From positions 128,001 through 192,000 of the forward strand of contig CAWFQB010000002.1 in the NCBI GenBank assembly GCA_963817895.1: a stretch of DNA of 64,000 bases. Direction: 5' to 3'. A model generated the notes under the pieces. It had not been told where the DNA came from, ran no database searches, and saw nothing but the letters and a program-made list of their open reading frames with translations. The translations under genes and the position numbers were made by a program. Of this stretch, positions 1 to 8,922 are shown piece after piece. Position 1 is the stretch's first letter, and every line of letters starts with the position of its first letter. This DNA is from an uncultured Chthonomonadaceae bacterium. Lineage in GTDB: Bacteria > Armatimonadota > Chthonomonadetes > Chthonomonadales > Chthonomonadaceae.

Positions 1-47
1 GCCTACTCGACATCGCCGCGCGGCATGATATGGCTGTCCTGATTTAA
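1..47 (+). CDS. 3' end of an unidentified CDS (partial)
   Basis: Frame from base 3 reads LLDIAARHDMAVLI-stop (TAA 45-47). Confidence 0.4.
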   Translation, partial: LLDIAARHDMAVLI

Positions 48-80
48 CACCCGGACGTTTCCGCCGGAAGATTACTGTCA

Positions 81-123
81 AAAACAAACAGGCCGGACAA
101 CAGAATTTCTGTTGTCCGGCCTG
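81..123 (-). terminator. Intrinsic terminator of the tRNA, possibly bidirectional
   Basis: Perfect 17-bp inverted repeat caggccggacaacagaa / ttctgttgtccggcctg (89-123), followed on the minus strand by TTTGTTTT. Confidence 0.75.
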
Positions 124-138
124 CGCGCAAGCGGACTA

Positions 139-480
139 TGGGCCCAGCAGGAGTCGAACCTACAACCAACCAGTTATGCGTACCGCTGCGGCTTTCACCG
201 CCCCTTTCGGGTTTGCAGTCTGGACTCTCTCTTCGCCCGTTTCGGAAAACGGAGCGCCTGCCGTCGAGTCTCTACACCTTCACGTATCCTGACAGGAAAC
301 GCGCTTGGCTCGGGATTACCCTGCTGCAATTGCAGTGTAGGCTTCCCCGAATTTGACAGGTTACATCTGCCGACTTACGCCGACAGCGGCCCTACTTACG
401 TTCCCCATGTCCAGACAATGCCTGCCTGAATTTAGACAAACCCGCTTGAGCCGGGCGCTCTGCCATTGAGCTATGGGCCC
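139..480 (-). tRNA. tRNA with CAU anticodon, probably tRNA-Ile2 (lysidine), intron-containing; exons 449-480 and 139-178
   Basis: Spliced sequence GGGCCCATAGCTCAATGGCAGAGCGCCCGGCT|CATAACTGGTTGGTTGTAGGTTCGACTCCTGCTGGGCCCA folds as a cloverleaf. G1:C72 is paired and the anticodon stem lacks three consecutive G:C pairs, so it is not the initiator. C4:G69 and C5:G68 fit TilS determinants. CCA is not encoded. Confidence 0.9.
179..448 (-). ncRNA. Group I self-splicing intron (IC3-like), 270 nt, no homing endonuclease ORF
   Basis: 5' exon ends in U and the intron ends in G. Core motifs in order: P AAATTCGGGGAA, Q AATCCCGAGC, R GTAGAGACTCGACGG, S AAGAGAGAGTCC. Two GAAA-capped hairpins in the P9 region. 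Confidence 0.92.
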
Positions 481-499
481 CAATGCTTGCGACACCCAC

Positions 500-528
500 A
501 GTGTACCTTTGCGAACGCGCCTTGTCAA
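500..528 (-). promoter_or_regulatory. sigma70 promoter of the tRNA
   Basis: TTGACA-N17-TACACT on the minus strand, ending about 20 nt before the tRNA 5' end. Confidence 0.75.
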
Positions 529-564
529 GAACAATCGCCGATTCCGTTTTGCAGGCTGCGTCAC

Positions 565-594
565 TTGACAACTTCGCCAAAGTTGTTTTATACT
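565..594 (+). promoter_or_regulatory. sigma70 promoter of the GHL10 gene
   Basis: TTGACA-N18-TATACT. Confidence 0.6.
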
Positions 595-696
595 GGACTC
601 GCCTCGCAATTATCTTCGCAGTAACCAACTTGTATCCGAAGTGTGCCGCTTCCGGTTTCTTCCCCGTTGAACGGAACCACGTTCCTTCCAGGAGAT

Positions 697-2055
697 ATGT
701 TTATGATCGTTTCTCGTTTCATCCATTGTTCCCGCCGCGCGTTGAGCCTGCTGCTTGTTTCCGCCTGCGCCATAACCGCCGCCCACGCCCAAACCCCATC
801 CCCCTCAACCCTCAACTCTCAACCCTCAACGCCTTTACCAGCCACCAATCGCCAACCACCAACCGCCAACGAACTGCGCGGCATGTGGGTTATTTGCGAC
901 AGTCTGGAGTCGCCCGCGTCCATTCATCAGGTGATTGTCACGGCGAAAAAGTACGGGCTGAACGCCCTTTTCGTGCAGGTGCGGTCACGGGGCGATGCCT
1001 GGTACAACTCGCCCTACGAACCCCGCGCCGAGGGCTTGAGCCATCAGCCGCGCGAATTCGATCCCCTGACGCAAATGGTGGCGGAGGGGCATAAAGAGGG
1101 GCTTGAAATCCACGCCTGGCTCAACACGTTTATCACATGGAGTAAATCGAAGCGGCCTCGCAGCTCGCAGCATGTGTGGAACGCGCACCCGGACTGGTTC
1201 TCTCACGACTGGCACGGCAGTCTTTCCACCGCCAATACGCAGGACTGCGAAGGCGTGTTTATGCAGCCGAGCAACCCGCAGGTACAGCAGCATCTGTTCA
1301 ACGTGTTTACGGATGTCGCGTCGCGCTATGATGTGGACGGAATTCACTTCGATTATGTGCGCTACCCGAACAGCACGTATGACTTTTCCCCGGTCACCGT
1401 CGCCCGCTTCAATGCGTATATGCAGCCGCAACTCGACGCGCCCCTCACGCAGAAACTCGACGCCCGCCTGAAACATGACCCCAAAGCCTACGTTCATGCG
1501 TTCGGCAAGGAGTGGGAAACATGGCGGCGGGCGCAGGTGACGGGACTGGTCACGCGCATCTCGCAGGCCGTGAAAGCCAATAAGCCCTGGATGCAGGTAT
1601 CCGCAGCCGTATTTCCCGACGGCAAGGACGCTTCCGAAGACCGGGGGCAGGACTGGATGCATTGGCTGCGCGACGGGGTACTGGACTCGGTTTCGCTCAT
1701 GGCTTACAACACAAGCACGGCGCGGATTGTGGAACAGACGAAACGCGCGGTTGCTATCGCGGGCGACCGTAAAGTATACACGGGCATCGGCGCATGGCGC
1801 TTATCCGCCCACAACGTCGCCGCCAAAATCGCCAGAGTGCGGCAGGCGGGCGCGTCCGGCGTGAACCTGTTCTCCTACGACGAGGTTCACAACCGCCGCG
1901 AGTATCTGAGTACCCTGTCGCGCGGCGTGTTCGCAAGCCGTTCCGCCCCCCCGCGCATGGGCTGGCTGCCGAGCCGAAGCGGAAGCGTCAATCGGGAGGG
2001 AGCCAACCCGGAGCAACCCAAAACGGATGCCGCGCAGCCTGATGTAAAACGTTAA
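697..2055 (+). CDS. Glycosyl hydrolase-like 10 (GHL10, YddW/DigH-like) exported protein
   Basis: Signal peptide; motifs ELRGMWV, NALFVQVRSRGDAWYNS, FDPL, LEIHAW, YDVDGIHFDYVRYP, QDW. GGAG RBS at 691 (start 697 or 703). Confidence 0.85.
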   Translation: MFMIVSRFIHCSRRALSLLLVSACAITAAHAQTPSPSTLNSQPSTPLPATNRQPPTANELRGMWVICDSLESPASIHQVIVTAKKYGLNALFVQVRSRGDAWYNSPYEPRAEGLSHQPREFDPLTQMVAEGHKEGLEIHAWLNTFITWSKSKRPRSSQHVWNAHPDWFSHDWHGSLSTANTQDCEGVFMQPSNPQVQQHLFNVFTDVASRYDVDGIHFDYVRYPNSTYDFSPVTVARFNAYMQPQLDAPLTQKLDARLKHDPKAYVHAFGKEWETWRRAQVTGLVTRISQAVKANKPWMQVSAAVFPDGKDASEDRGQDWMHWLRDGVLDSVSLMAYNTSTARIVEQTKRAVAIAGDRKVYTGIGAWRLSAHNVAAKIARVRQAGASGVNLFSYDEVHNRREYLSTLSRGVFASRSAPPRMGWLPSRSGSVNREGANPEQPKTDAAQPDVKR

Positions 2056-2088
2056 TTGCGCAACGATTGGGGTTTTACAACAAAAAGA

Positions 2089-2139
2089 CAAACTCCCGCG
2101 TTTTCCACAGCCAGCATCGGCAGCGAACGCGGGAGTTTG
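2089..2139. terminator. Hairpin between convergent genes
   Basis: caaactcccgcgtt ... aacgcgggagtttg inverted repeat. Confidence 0.5.
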
Positions 2140-2171
2140 CCTGTTCAGACACAACGGCCTGTCAAGACTTC

Positions 2172-2621
2172 TTAGTGGTGATCCGTATGGTCGCGATGAT
2201 CGGCATTGTCGCGATGGTCTGTGTTATTGCGATGATTAGCGTTGTCGCGGTGATCTGTGTTGTTGTGCTGACCAGTGTTGTTGCGCTGACCAGTGTTGTC
2301 GTTATGGTTCGTTCTGTTGTTATTCCACTGTCCCGATTGATTGTGCTGATAACCCGAATTGCCACGGGCATATTGGGAATTGCTCGCATTCGCCTGATCC
2401 ACATGCCACGCCCCGGTATGCACAGGAAGGTCTCGACCGCGCGTTGTTATGATCCGCGTTGTTGTATTTCGCCTTGACGTGGTTCGATGGTTACGCGCGT
2501 CGTTGCGGTGGCGGCGAACCCGATCATCGTGCGCGTCGGCGGAAGCGGGCGCGAGAGCCTGTGAAACCAGTACGGCGGCAAAGCCGGCAACTGCCCTCAG
2601 GGGCAGCCATTTGCTGTTCAT
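2172..2621 (-). CDS. Secreted low-complexity protein with a His/Asp/Asn-rich hexapeptide-repeat tail
   Basis: Signal peptide MNSKWLPLRAVAGFAAVL..ASA; C-terminal NTDHRD/NTGQH-like repeats; GGAG RBS. Confidence 0.6.
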   Translation of the reverse strand: MNSKWLPLRAVAGFAAVLVSQALAPASADAHDDRVRRHRNDARNHRTTSRRNTTTRIITTRGRDLPVHTGAWHVDQANASNSQYARGNSGYQHNQSGQWNNNRTNHNDNTGQRNNTGQHNNTDHRDNANHRNNTDHRDNADHRDHTDHH

Positions 2622-2809
2622 AATTTTTCTCCGATATGAAGGTGCGCTGGAAGCATAATCAGATCGCACAAAAACGATATGACCGCTCATGACACCCATT
2701 GTCTTAAACGCGAACAACGCCGCGTCTGCAAAGGCAAGACGCGGCGCTGCCGCAAGTTGTTCCTGTTTGTTCTGAAATCTATCTCAACAAGTTCCCCTTT
2801 CCCATGAGG

Positions 2810-3397
2810 TCACTTTTTCTTGTCTTCCTTGCCTGCGTCTTTGGGAGCGCCCATGCGGACGGAAGTAATCACGTCGCCAATGGCAAGCTGATCGGCGAGG
2901 TTCGCGCCCTTGATGATTTTGCCGAAGGCGCAGTAGCCGGCGTCCAGATTGTGGTTGGCCTTCAGGTTAATGAAAATCTGGCAGTCGCCGCTGTCGGGCG
3001 ATTGTGAGCGAGCCAGCCCAAGCGTATATTTTTCGTGCAGCATTTTGGCTTCCAGCGGAACCGGATGCCCGGAATCGTGTGAGCCGACGCCATTCGCGTC
3101 GAACTGCGCCGGGGTGAGCTTCTTGCTTTCCGGGTCGCCCCACTGTACCACGAAGTCGTTGACCACGCGGTGAATCTTGATGCCATCGTAGAACTTCTGC
3201 TTGACCAGTTCCACGATATGCGCGACGGTTTTGGGAGCCATATTCGGGTATAGTTCCATGACCATCGTACCCCTTTTGGCAACCACCATTGTAATCTTTG
3301 GGTTGTCGGCGCGGGCCGAAGCCACGCTTGCCAGCGCAAACAGCAGTGTCAGCAGCAGCCATCCGCCGCGCATCCAGTTACGAGTCTCTTGTTTCAA
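2810..3397 (-). CDS. Cyclophilin-type peptidyl-prolyl isomerase, exported
   Basis: APKTVAH, FYDGIKIHRVVNDFVVQWGDP, GLARSQSPDSGDCQIFINL, LDAGYCAFGKI; signal peptide. Confidence 0.92.
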   Translation of the reverse strand: MKQETRNWMRGGWLLLTLLFALASVASARADNPKITMVVAKRGTMVMELYPNMAPKTVAHIVELVKQKFYDGIKIHRVVNDFVVQWGDPESKKLTPAQFDANGVGSHDSGHPVPLEAKMLHEKYTLGLARSQSPDSGDCQIFINLKANHNLDAGYCAFGKIIKGANLADQLAIGDVITSVRMGAPKDAGKEDKKK

Positions 3398-3449
3398 TCG
3401 CTTCTCCTTGTAAATTCAGGGTTTCAGGTGTCAGGGCGATCCTGCCTTA

Positions 3450-3608
3450 GAGCCTATCCCAACAGGCGATTGCATTTGCGTCCGAAGGAGGACATAACAT
3501 GTTCTACAGGACATAACAGTTCGTAGGAGGACATAACATGTTATGTCCCTACGCCGCAGGCCACTCAGACGGGTACGTTCTCTGTACGCGACCTATTGGG
3601 ATAGGCTC
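3450..3608. mobile_element. MITE (IS5 family, IS1031-like ends), 159 bp, TTA target-site duplication
   Basis: Terminal inverted repeats gagcctatcccaacagg / cctattgggataggctc (16 of 17 match). TTA flanks both ends (3447-3449, 3609-3611). No ORF. Confidence 0.75.
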
Positions 3609-3656
3609 TTAACAAAGCATTTTCCTGATACCTGAAACCTGACACCTGACATCTAT

Positions 3657-4424
3657 TTATAGCGGTGTGAGGGAGGTAATCACATCTCCCTTTTCGATTT
3701 TGTCTACCACATCCTGCCCCTCCACGACCATGCCGAACACGCAGTATTTGCCGTCAAGAGCGGTGTTGTCATTGAGGTTGAAGTAGAACTGGCTGTCGCC
3801 GCTGTCGAGCGCCTGCGAACGGGCCTGCCCGATGCTGTACTTCTTGTGAAGCAGATGCGCTTCCAGTGGTACAGTCGTTGTGCCGGAACCGTGCGTGCCG
3901 ATTCCTTTGGCGTCAAATTCGTCTACGGCGGCGTTTTTGCTTTCCGGGTCGCCGCCCTGCACCACAAATCCGGCCTCCAGACGATGGAACTTGATGCCGT
4001 CGTAAAAATGTTTGCGGCAAAGATCGAGGAAATGCGCGACTGTTTTGGGAGCCGCTTTCGGGTACAACTCCATCACGATTTTGCCCCGGCCCTGAACCTG
4101 CATCGTCGCTTTTACCGCGCCCTCCTTCGCCTGATCGAAGGTCATAGTCGTGGTGTCCGGCGTTGCTGTGGGTGTCGTCTCATCAACAGAGAGTGTTTTG
4201 GGGGAGGTCTTGTTCGTGGCGGACTTCTTGTTGTCGGCAGGTGGGGTTTTGTGAGTGGCGTTGTACTTGTTCGCCTCTTCGATCTGCTTCTCCTCGTCAA
4301 TTCTGGCCTGTTCCGCGGGCGGAATAGCGCCGTCATTATGGTGTTTGGAAGAGATAAGGCTGGATGCCAGCACCGCAGCCAGTATCAACGCTACAAAACC
4401 CCACATCGGGCTGATGGATCGCAT
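3657..4424 (-). CDS. Cyclophilin-type peptidyl-prolyl isomerase with N-terminal membrane anchor and linker
   Basis: APKTVAHF, FYDGIKFHRLEAGFVVQGGDP, SGDSQFYFNL, LDGKYCVFGMV. Confidence 0.92.
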   Translation of the reverse strand: MRSISPMWGFVALILAAVLASSLISSKHHNDGAIPPAEQARIDEEKQIEEANKYNATHKTPPADNKKSATNKTSPKTLSVDETTPTATPDTTTMTFDQAKEGAVKATMQVQGRGKIVMELYPKAAPKTVAHFLDLCRKHFYDGIKFHRLEAGFVVQGGDPESKNAAVDEFDAKGIGTHGSGTTTVPLEAHLLHKKYSIGQARSQALDSGDSQFYFNLNDNTALDGKYCVFGMVVEGQDVVDKIEKGDVITSLTPL

Positions 4425-4666
4425 AAAAATTCTCCTCTGCCCCCTGCTGAAATCGCGCGTCTAAAATCGCAAGGGTATGCAAATATTTAAGTATGGGAAA
4501 TAAATCGCGTGGCAGGGGCAGTCTGTCAGAGCCACTGCGCGTATGCTATAATGATGTTTACCGCGTTCTTCTATGGTTTTTGTTCCCGGCGGCGTGGAAA
4601 GCGCGATTCAGGTGTTTCAAACCTATCTCAAGATACTTTTCAAGAAACTCAAGGATATTCTACCCG

Positions 4667-5437
4667 ATGTTAGCTTCCCGCGTGATTCCCTGTTTGGATG
4701 TAAAGGCCGGGCGTGTCGTCAAAGGCGTGAATTTCGTCAATCTGCGCGACGCGGGCGACCCCGTGGAACTGGCCGCGCGGTACGACGCGATGGGCGCGGA
4801 CGAACTCGTGTTTCTGGACATCACGGCCAGCCATGAGCAGCGCGATGTGATTGTGGACGTGGCGAGGCGGGTGGCCGAACAGGTGTTTATCCCCTTTACG
4901 GTCGGGGGCGGCATCCGAACGGTAGACGATTTTCGCAAAATATTGCGGGCGGGCGCGGACAAGGTAGGCGTCAACAGCGCGGCGGTGAAGAATCCGGAGA
5001 TGTTGACGCAGGCGGCGGAGCAGTTCGGGCGGCAGTGCGTGGTGATTGCCATTGATCCGAAGCGCGTGGGCGAAAAACCGGATGGTTCGCCGCATTGGGA
5101 AGTGTTCATCAACGGGGGACGAACCGCCACCGGGCTTGACGCGCTGGAATGGGCGCAGGAGGCCGAACAGCGGGGCGCGGGCGAAATCCTGCTGACAAGC
5201 ATGGATCGGGACGGAACGCAAATCGGCTATGACCTTGAATTGACGCGGGCAATTGCCGGTATCGTACAGATTCCCGTGATCGCTTCGGGGGGCGCGGGAA
5301 CGCCGCAGCACTGTCTGGAAGCCGTCACAGAAGGCCACGCCGACGCCGCCCTGATCGCGTCCATGGTGCATGACGGCCACTACACCATCGAAAACATCAA
5401 ATCCTACATGCGCGAACACGGCGTTTGCGTCCGATAG
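4667..5437 (+). CDS. hisF: Imidazole glycerol phosphate synthase cyclase subunit
   Basis: [60 protein letters not shown]. Confidence 0.97.
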   Translation: MLASRVIPCLDVKAGRVVKGVNFVNLRDAGDPVELAARYDAMGADELVFLDITASHEQRDVIVDVARRVAEQVFIPFTVGGGIRTVDDFRKILRAGADKVGVNSAAVKNPEMLTQAAEQFGRQCVVIAIDPKRVGEKPDGSPHWEVFINGGRTATGLDALEWAQEAEQRGAGEILLTSMDRDGTQIGYDLELTRAIAGIVQIPVIASGGAGTPQHCLEAVTEGHADAALIASMVHDGHYTIENIKSYMREHGVCVR

Positions 5438-5499
5438 ATAAGGGCTTTATTGTCTGCGCATAGCCACCATCCGCCTGCCTCCACTTCCTCATTTCCAGA

Positions 5500-5540
5500 A
5501 ATAAAGCCGCGCGTTTTATAAAAATGCGCGGCTTTGCTAT
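5500..5540 (+). terminator. Hairpin downstream of hisF
   Basis: aaagccgcgcgtttt ... aaaatgcgcggcttt. Confidence 0.5.
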
Positions 5541-5728
5541 AACGTTTCCCCACCAAACTGCCGAACATCGGAGTGAGATGCGCGTACCAAAAGTCCGCGA
5601 CACGCTCACCGCATGTTCCGCGAACAACATGCGCCGCCTGTTTCCCGCCGAAACAGGTTCCTCACTCATACAGGCGCCTGTCATGGATTGACGGGCCGAT
5701 TTTCGCCTGAACTCATGGAGGTATTATC

Positions 5729-6490
5729 ATGGGCGAAGCGCCAATGTCACATCTTTGGAAGCAGTACAAGCAGCACAAAGATCAGGATGCGCGCAGTCAG
5801 ATTATCCAGCGGTACGCGCATCTCGTGTCTATTACCGCCGGTCGCCTGTTCGGGCCGATGCCCGGCGGCGTGGAGCGCGATGACCTTGTCGGAGCGGGCG
5901 TTGTCGGCCTTGTCAAAGCCGTTGACCAGTTCGATCCGGGCCGGGGCATCAAGTTTGAAACCTACGCGATCACCCTGATACGCGGCGCGATTCTGGAGAT
6001 GCTGCGCGGCGACGACTGGGTTCCCCGGCTTGTCCGCGATCAGCAAAAGCAGTTGAAGCAGGCGTACATGCGATTGGAAGCCAAACATGGACGCCCCGCC
6101 ACCGAAGAGGAGGTGGCGGAAGAGATGGGCATTACTCCCGAAAAACTCGATAAGATGCTGACCAACAACGGGCGCACCAACCTGTTGTCGCTCGACGACC
6201 TGCGCATGGGCAGCGAACAGCAGCGACTCGTGGATATGATCCCGACCGACGACCTTTCTCCTCTGGAGAGCGTCGCCATGCGCGAAAAGCAGCGCGCCCT
6301 CGCCACTGCCGTAGACAAACTTCCTGATCGCGAACGCACCGTAGTTGCCCTGTACTATCACGAAGGCTTGACCTTCAAGGAGATCGGAACTGTTCTGACC
6401 GTTTCCGAATCCCGCGCCTATCAACTCCACTCGCAGGCTGTGACGCGCCTGCGCGGGTATCTCAACCCCGAAGTAGAACTGTTTCCCTGA
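5729..6490 (+). CDS. FliA/WhiG family (sigma28-type) RNA polymerase sigma factor
   Basis: DDLVGAGVVGLVKAVDQFDPGRGIKFETYA..IRGAILEMLR..DWVPR; LPDRERTVVALYYHEGLTFKEIG..VSESRAYQLHSQA. Confidence 0.92.
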   Translation: MGEAPMSHLWKQYKQHKDQDARSQIIQRYAHLVSITAGRLFGPMPGGVERDDLVGAGVVGLVKAVDQFDPGRGIKFETYAITLIRGAILEMLRGDDWVPRLVRDQQKQLKQAYMRLEAKHGRPATEEEVAEEMGITPEKLDKMLTNNGRTNLLSLDDLRMGSEQQRLVDMIPTDDLSPLESVAMREKQRALATAVDKLPDRERTVVALYYHEGLTFKEIGTVLTVSESRAYQLHSQAVTRLRGYLNPEVELFP

Positions 6491-6501
6491 CCGACAACCG
6501 A

Positions 6502-6546
6502 GTCGGTGTTCAGGTATTCGGTGTTCGGTATTCGGTATTCGGTTGT
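6502..6546. repeat. Heptamer tandem repeat (TTCGGTR)n
   Basis: tcggtgttcaggtattcggtgttcggtattcggtattcggtt; the reverse-complement unit recurs at 12433-12463. Confidence 0.7.
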
Positions 6547-6587
6547 TTGGATAACCGGCGCTTATATCCGCAGCCATAATTAAAAAC

Positions 6588-6652
6588 AAAACTCCCGACC
6601 CGCGCGAGGCTGTGCTTACAAGCTCGCGCCGGTGGGGAGTTTTGGCTTTTTT
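6588..6652 (+). terminator. Hairpin followed by a T-rich tract after the sigma gene
   Basis: aaaactccc..cgcgag ... ctcgcg..gggagtttt, then ggcttttttg. Confidence 0.5.
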
Positions 6653-6776
6653 GTCGTTTTATGCAACAGAAGATATTAACAATTATTTCGTTGCTACAAG
6701 CAGGAATATAAAGGTTGAACAGAGAACCTCCGGGTAGCATTTTGAAACTAATGATTACCTGTGGAGGATTACGGTT

Positions 6777-8387
6777 ATGTACGGTCGGATAACTTTTGCG
6801 GCATTGCTGTTGTGCCTGTTTGCGCTTCACGGCTGCGGCGGGAGCGGAAAGGGTATCAGCAAAACCACGCCCGTTAAACTGAGTATTACGTGGGGTGAGC
6901 GCAGCCGCGCCCTCAACGCGCCCTCTTCGGCCCTTTCCGCTGTTGTCACCCTCGCCAACGCCAATGCTACCGGGGGTGATTTTACCTACAGCGTCAACCG
7001 CGACCCCGCGCCGCAAGCCTTTACCGGCAACTACACTTCCACAAACAGCGCGAAAACCGGAGGGGCAAATCTCACCGTACGCTTTTACGCGCAGACGGAA
7101 GGCATCGGGGTGGTTGTCGGCATAGCGCAAGCGAAAATTACCCTTCTACCGGACGGTACGGGCATCGGAAATGTTGCGACGGCGAACAACATCTCCTCCG
7201 TTTCCATACCTGCCGGACAAACGGTACCGGTCGGGCAAACGACTGAACTGACATTCACGGCGCGGGACGCGAAAGCCAACCTTGTCGCGGTAACGCCGGG
7301 TTCCGCCGTTTTTACAGTTAGCAGCGGAAGCGACAAACTTCAAATCGTCAACGGGCAGGCGAAAGGACTGGCAGCCGGCGCGGCTACCGTTCGCGCAACC
7401 CTTGATGGCAACAACAGCGCGGATACGCCTGTCACCGTTAATCGTCTGACGCCGCTCGCTTACGCCATTACGGAACTGCCACCCCTTTCCGGCGATACCA
7501 AATCAATGGCGACAAGCCTCAACACGCAGGGGATGGTTGTCGGCGTGAGTACATCGCAGTCGGGAACTCGGAGCGCGGTAGTGTGGAGGAACGGCAACGT
7601 CAGTCTGCTTGGCGTCTCCTTAACCTCCGAAAACAGCAGTCCTGTTCAGATCAATGAGGCCGGACAGGTAATCGGCACGGTGGGCAATCGCGCTTTCTTC
7701 TGGCAGAACGGCGCAACAACAGACATGGGCACGCTTAACGGAGTCACGATTTACCCGCAGTCCATCAACAACAACGGCGTTGTTGCCGGCTACTCCTCCG
7801 CGTATGGCTCCATTGCCGGGGATCACGGTTTTCTATGGCAAAAGGGAACGCTGACCGATCTGGGACAACACTTCAGACCCCGAGCGATTAACGACGCCGG
7901 TGTCCTTGCGGGAAGCAGTGACATGGCTAAATTCAGTCCTGATACCGCCGCGCAGTCGCAGAATGGAACCGTTGTCAATCTGCCCGGAGAACCCAGCGGC
8001 GTATTTAGCTGGGCGACGACGATTAACAATGCGGGACATATCGCTGGTAGGTCTTACGGCTACTTCGGGGATGGTTTGTTCTGGAAAGACGGTACGGTTA
8101 CTCAACTCCCCTTGAACAAGAGTATAACATCTAACTACTATTACACATGGCCCAACAGTCTCAACGATCTGGATCAGATTGTAGGCGAACAGGGCCGTGA
8201 CACCTCAGACCCTGTGACCAATGCGTTTCTTTACAGCGAGGGCAATCTCATAGACCTTCAGACCCTCCTCCCCGCCAATTCCGGCTGGCAACTTGAGTCT
8301 GCCGCCGGCATCAACAACAACGGCCTGATTGTCGGCGTCGGCCTGCACAACGGCAGCCGCCGCGCGTTCCTGCTGACACCGCAATAA
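6777..8387 (+). CDS. Lipoprotein with Ig-like domain and HAF-type extracellular repeats
   Basis: Lipobox LHGC; repeated (I/L)N..G.(V/I)(V/A)G ... AF(L/F)W..G..TDLG units; C-terminal DLQTLLPANSGWQLESAAGINNNGLIVG..RAFLLTP. Confidence 0.8.
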   Translation: MYGRITFAALLLCLFALHGCGGSGKGISKTTPVKLSITWGERSRALNAPSSALSAVVTLANANATGGDFTYSVNRDPAPQAFTGNYTSTNSAKTGGANLTVRFYAQTEGIGVVVGIAQAKITLLPDGTGIGNVATANNISSVSIPAGQTVPVGQTTELTFTARDAKANLVAVTPGSAVFTVSSGSDKLQIVNGQAKGLAAGAATVRATLDGNNSADTPVTVNRLTPLAYAITELPPLSGDTKSMATSLNTQGMVVGVSTSQSGTRSAVVWRNGNVSLLGVSLTSENSSPVQINEAGQVIGTVGNRAFFWQNGATTDMGTLNGVTIYPQSINNNGVVAGYSSAYGSIAGDHGFLWQKGTLTDLGQHFRPRAINDAGVLAGSSDMAKFSPDTAAQSQNGTVVNLPGEPSGVFSWATTINNAGHIAGRSYGYFGDGLFWKDGTVTQLPLNKSITSNYYYTWPNSLNDLDQIVGEQGRDTSDPVTNAFLYSEGNLIDLQTLLPANSGWQLESAAGINNNGLIVGVGLHNGSRRAFLLTPQ

Positions 8388-8502
8388 CAAAGGATGAGGG
8401 ATGAAGGATGAAGACAATGCCCGTTCGTCTGAAAGTGTTTCCGCAGCGTCAATCTGACAACGCAGGAGCATACAGGTGAGAGTTTTAACCCATTTTCCTG
8501 TA

Positions 8503-8531
8503 TTGACTTGCCATGCGGATCGTGATATACT
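8503..8531 (+). promoter_or_regulatory. sigma70 promoter of the toxin-antitoxin operon
   Basis: TTGACT-N17-TATACT. Confidence 0.6.
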
Positions 8532-8601
8532 GACGTTGTTTAATGTACGGCATGTCATGTAAATACAGGCTGTTTATCATGGAAAATTTGGAAGACGCGA
8601 G

Positions 8602-8922
8602 ATGAAGACAAGACAAAAACCAAAAGGTTTGCAGCGAATTCGCGCTCGTGGCAGGAACAGTGCTGGAACATCCATGCCGCAAATGCTCACGTATACCGTC
8701 TGTAACCCGAAGACGCAGGCTGCTATGCAGGAGACTAAAGTGGTTCTGAGCAACAGCAAAGACGCTATTACAATACTTTTTTCGCCGGAGAATGTTTCCG
8801 AGCGGAGCCTGCTTCCCCCTGCCGCGATGGCGCAAGCAGCCATTGACGCAGAAGCATTAGAAATTGCAAGACGGCGCATGAAGCGACACGCGAAAACATG
8901 GACGGAACTCGCCAATTACTGA
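8602..8922 (+). CDS. Putative antitoxin (Doc partner)
   Basis: Lies directly upstream of and abuts the Doc gene. C-terminal helix ALEIARRRMKRHAKTWTELA resembles Doc-partner antitoxin tails. Start uncertain. Confidence 0.55.
   Translation: MKTRQKPKGLQRIRARGRNSAGTSMPQMLTYTVCNPKTQAAMQETKVVLSNSKDAITILFSPENVSERSLLPPAAMAQAAIDAEALEIARRRMKRHAKTWTELANY

Noticed and set aside
112..429. ORFs across the intron as a homing endonuclease
   Set aside because: They are antisense to the tRNA, lack LAGLIDADG, HNH or GIY-YIG motifs, and the intron is fully accounted for by ribozyme structure.
2067..2477. Val/Ile-rich membrane protein on the plus strand
   Set aside because: It is the antisense shadow of the His/Asn/Asp repeat gene, which has the RBS and signal peptide.
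3490..3555. Possible mini CRISPR array (three ggacataaca repeats)
   Set aside because: Repeats are about 10 bp with 8-10 bp gaps, lie inside a MITE, and no cas genes are present.
5729..6490. Flagellar or sporulation locus
   Set aside because: Only an isolated sigma28-type gene; no flagellar, anti-sigma or sporulation genes nearby.
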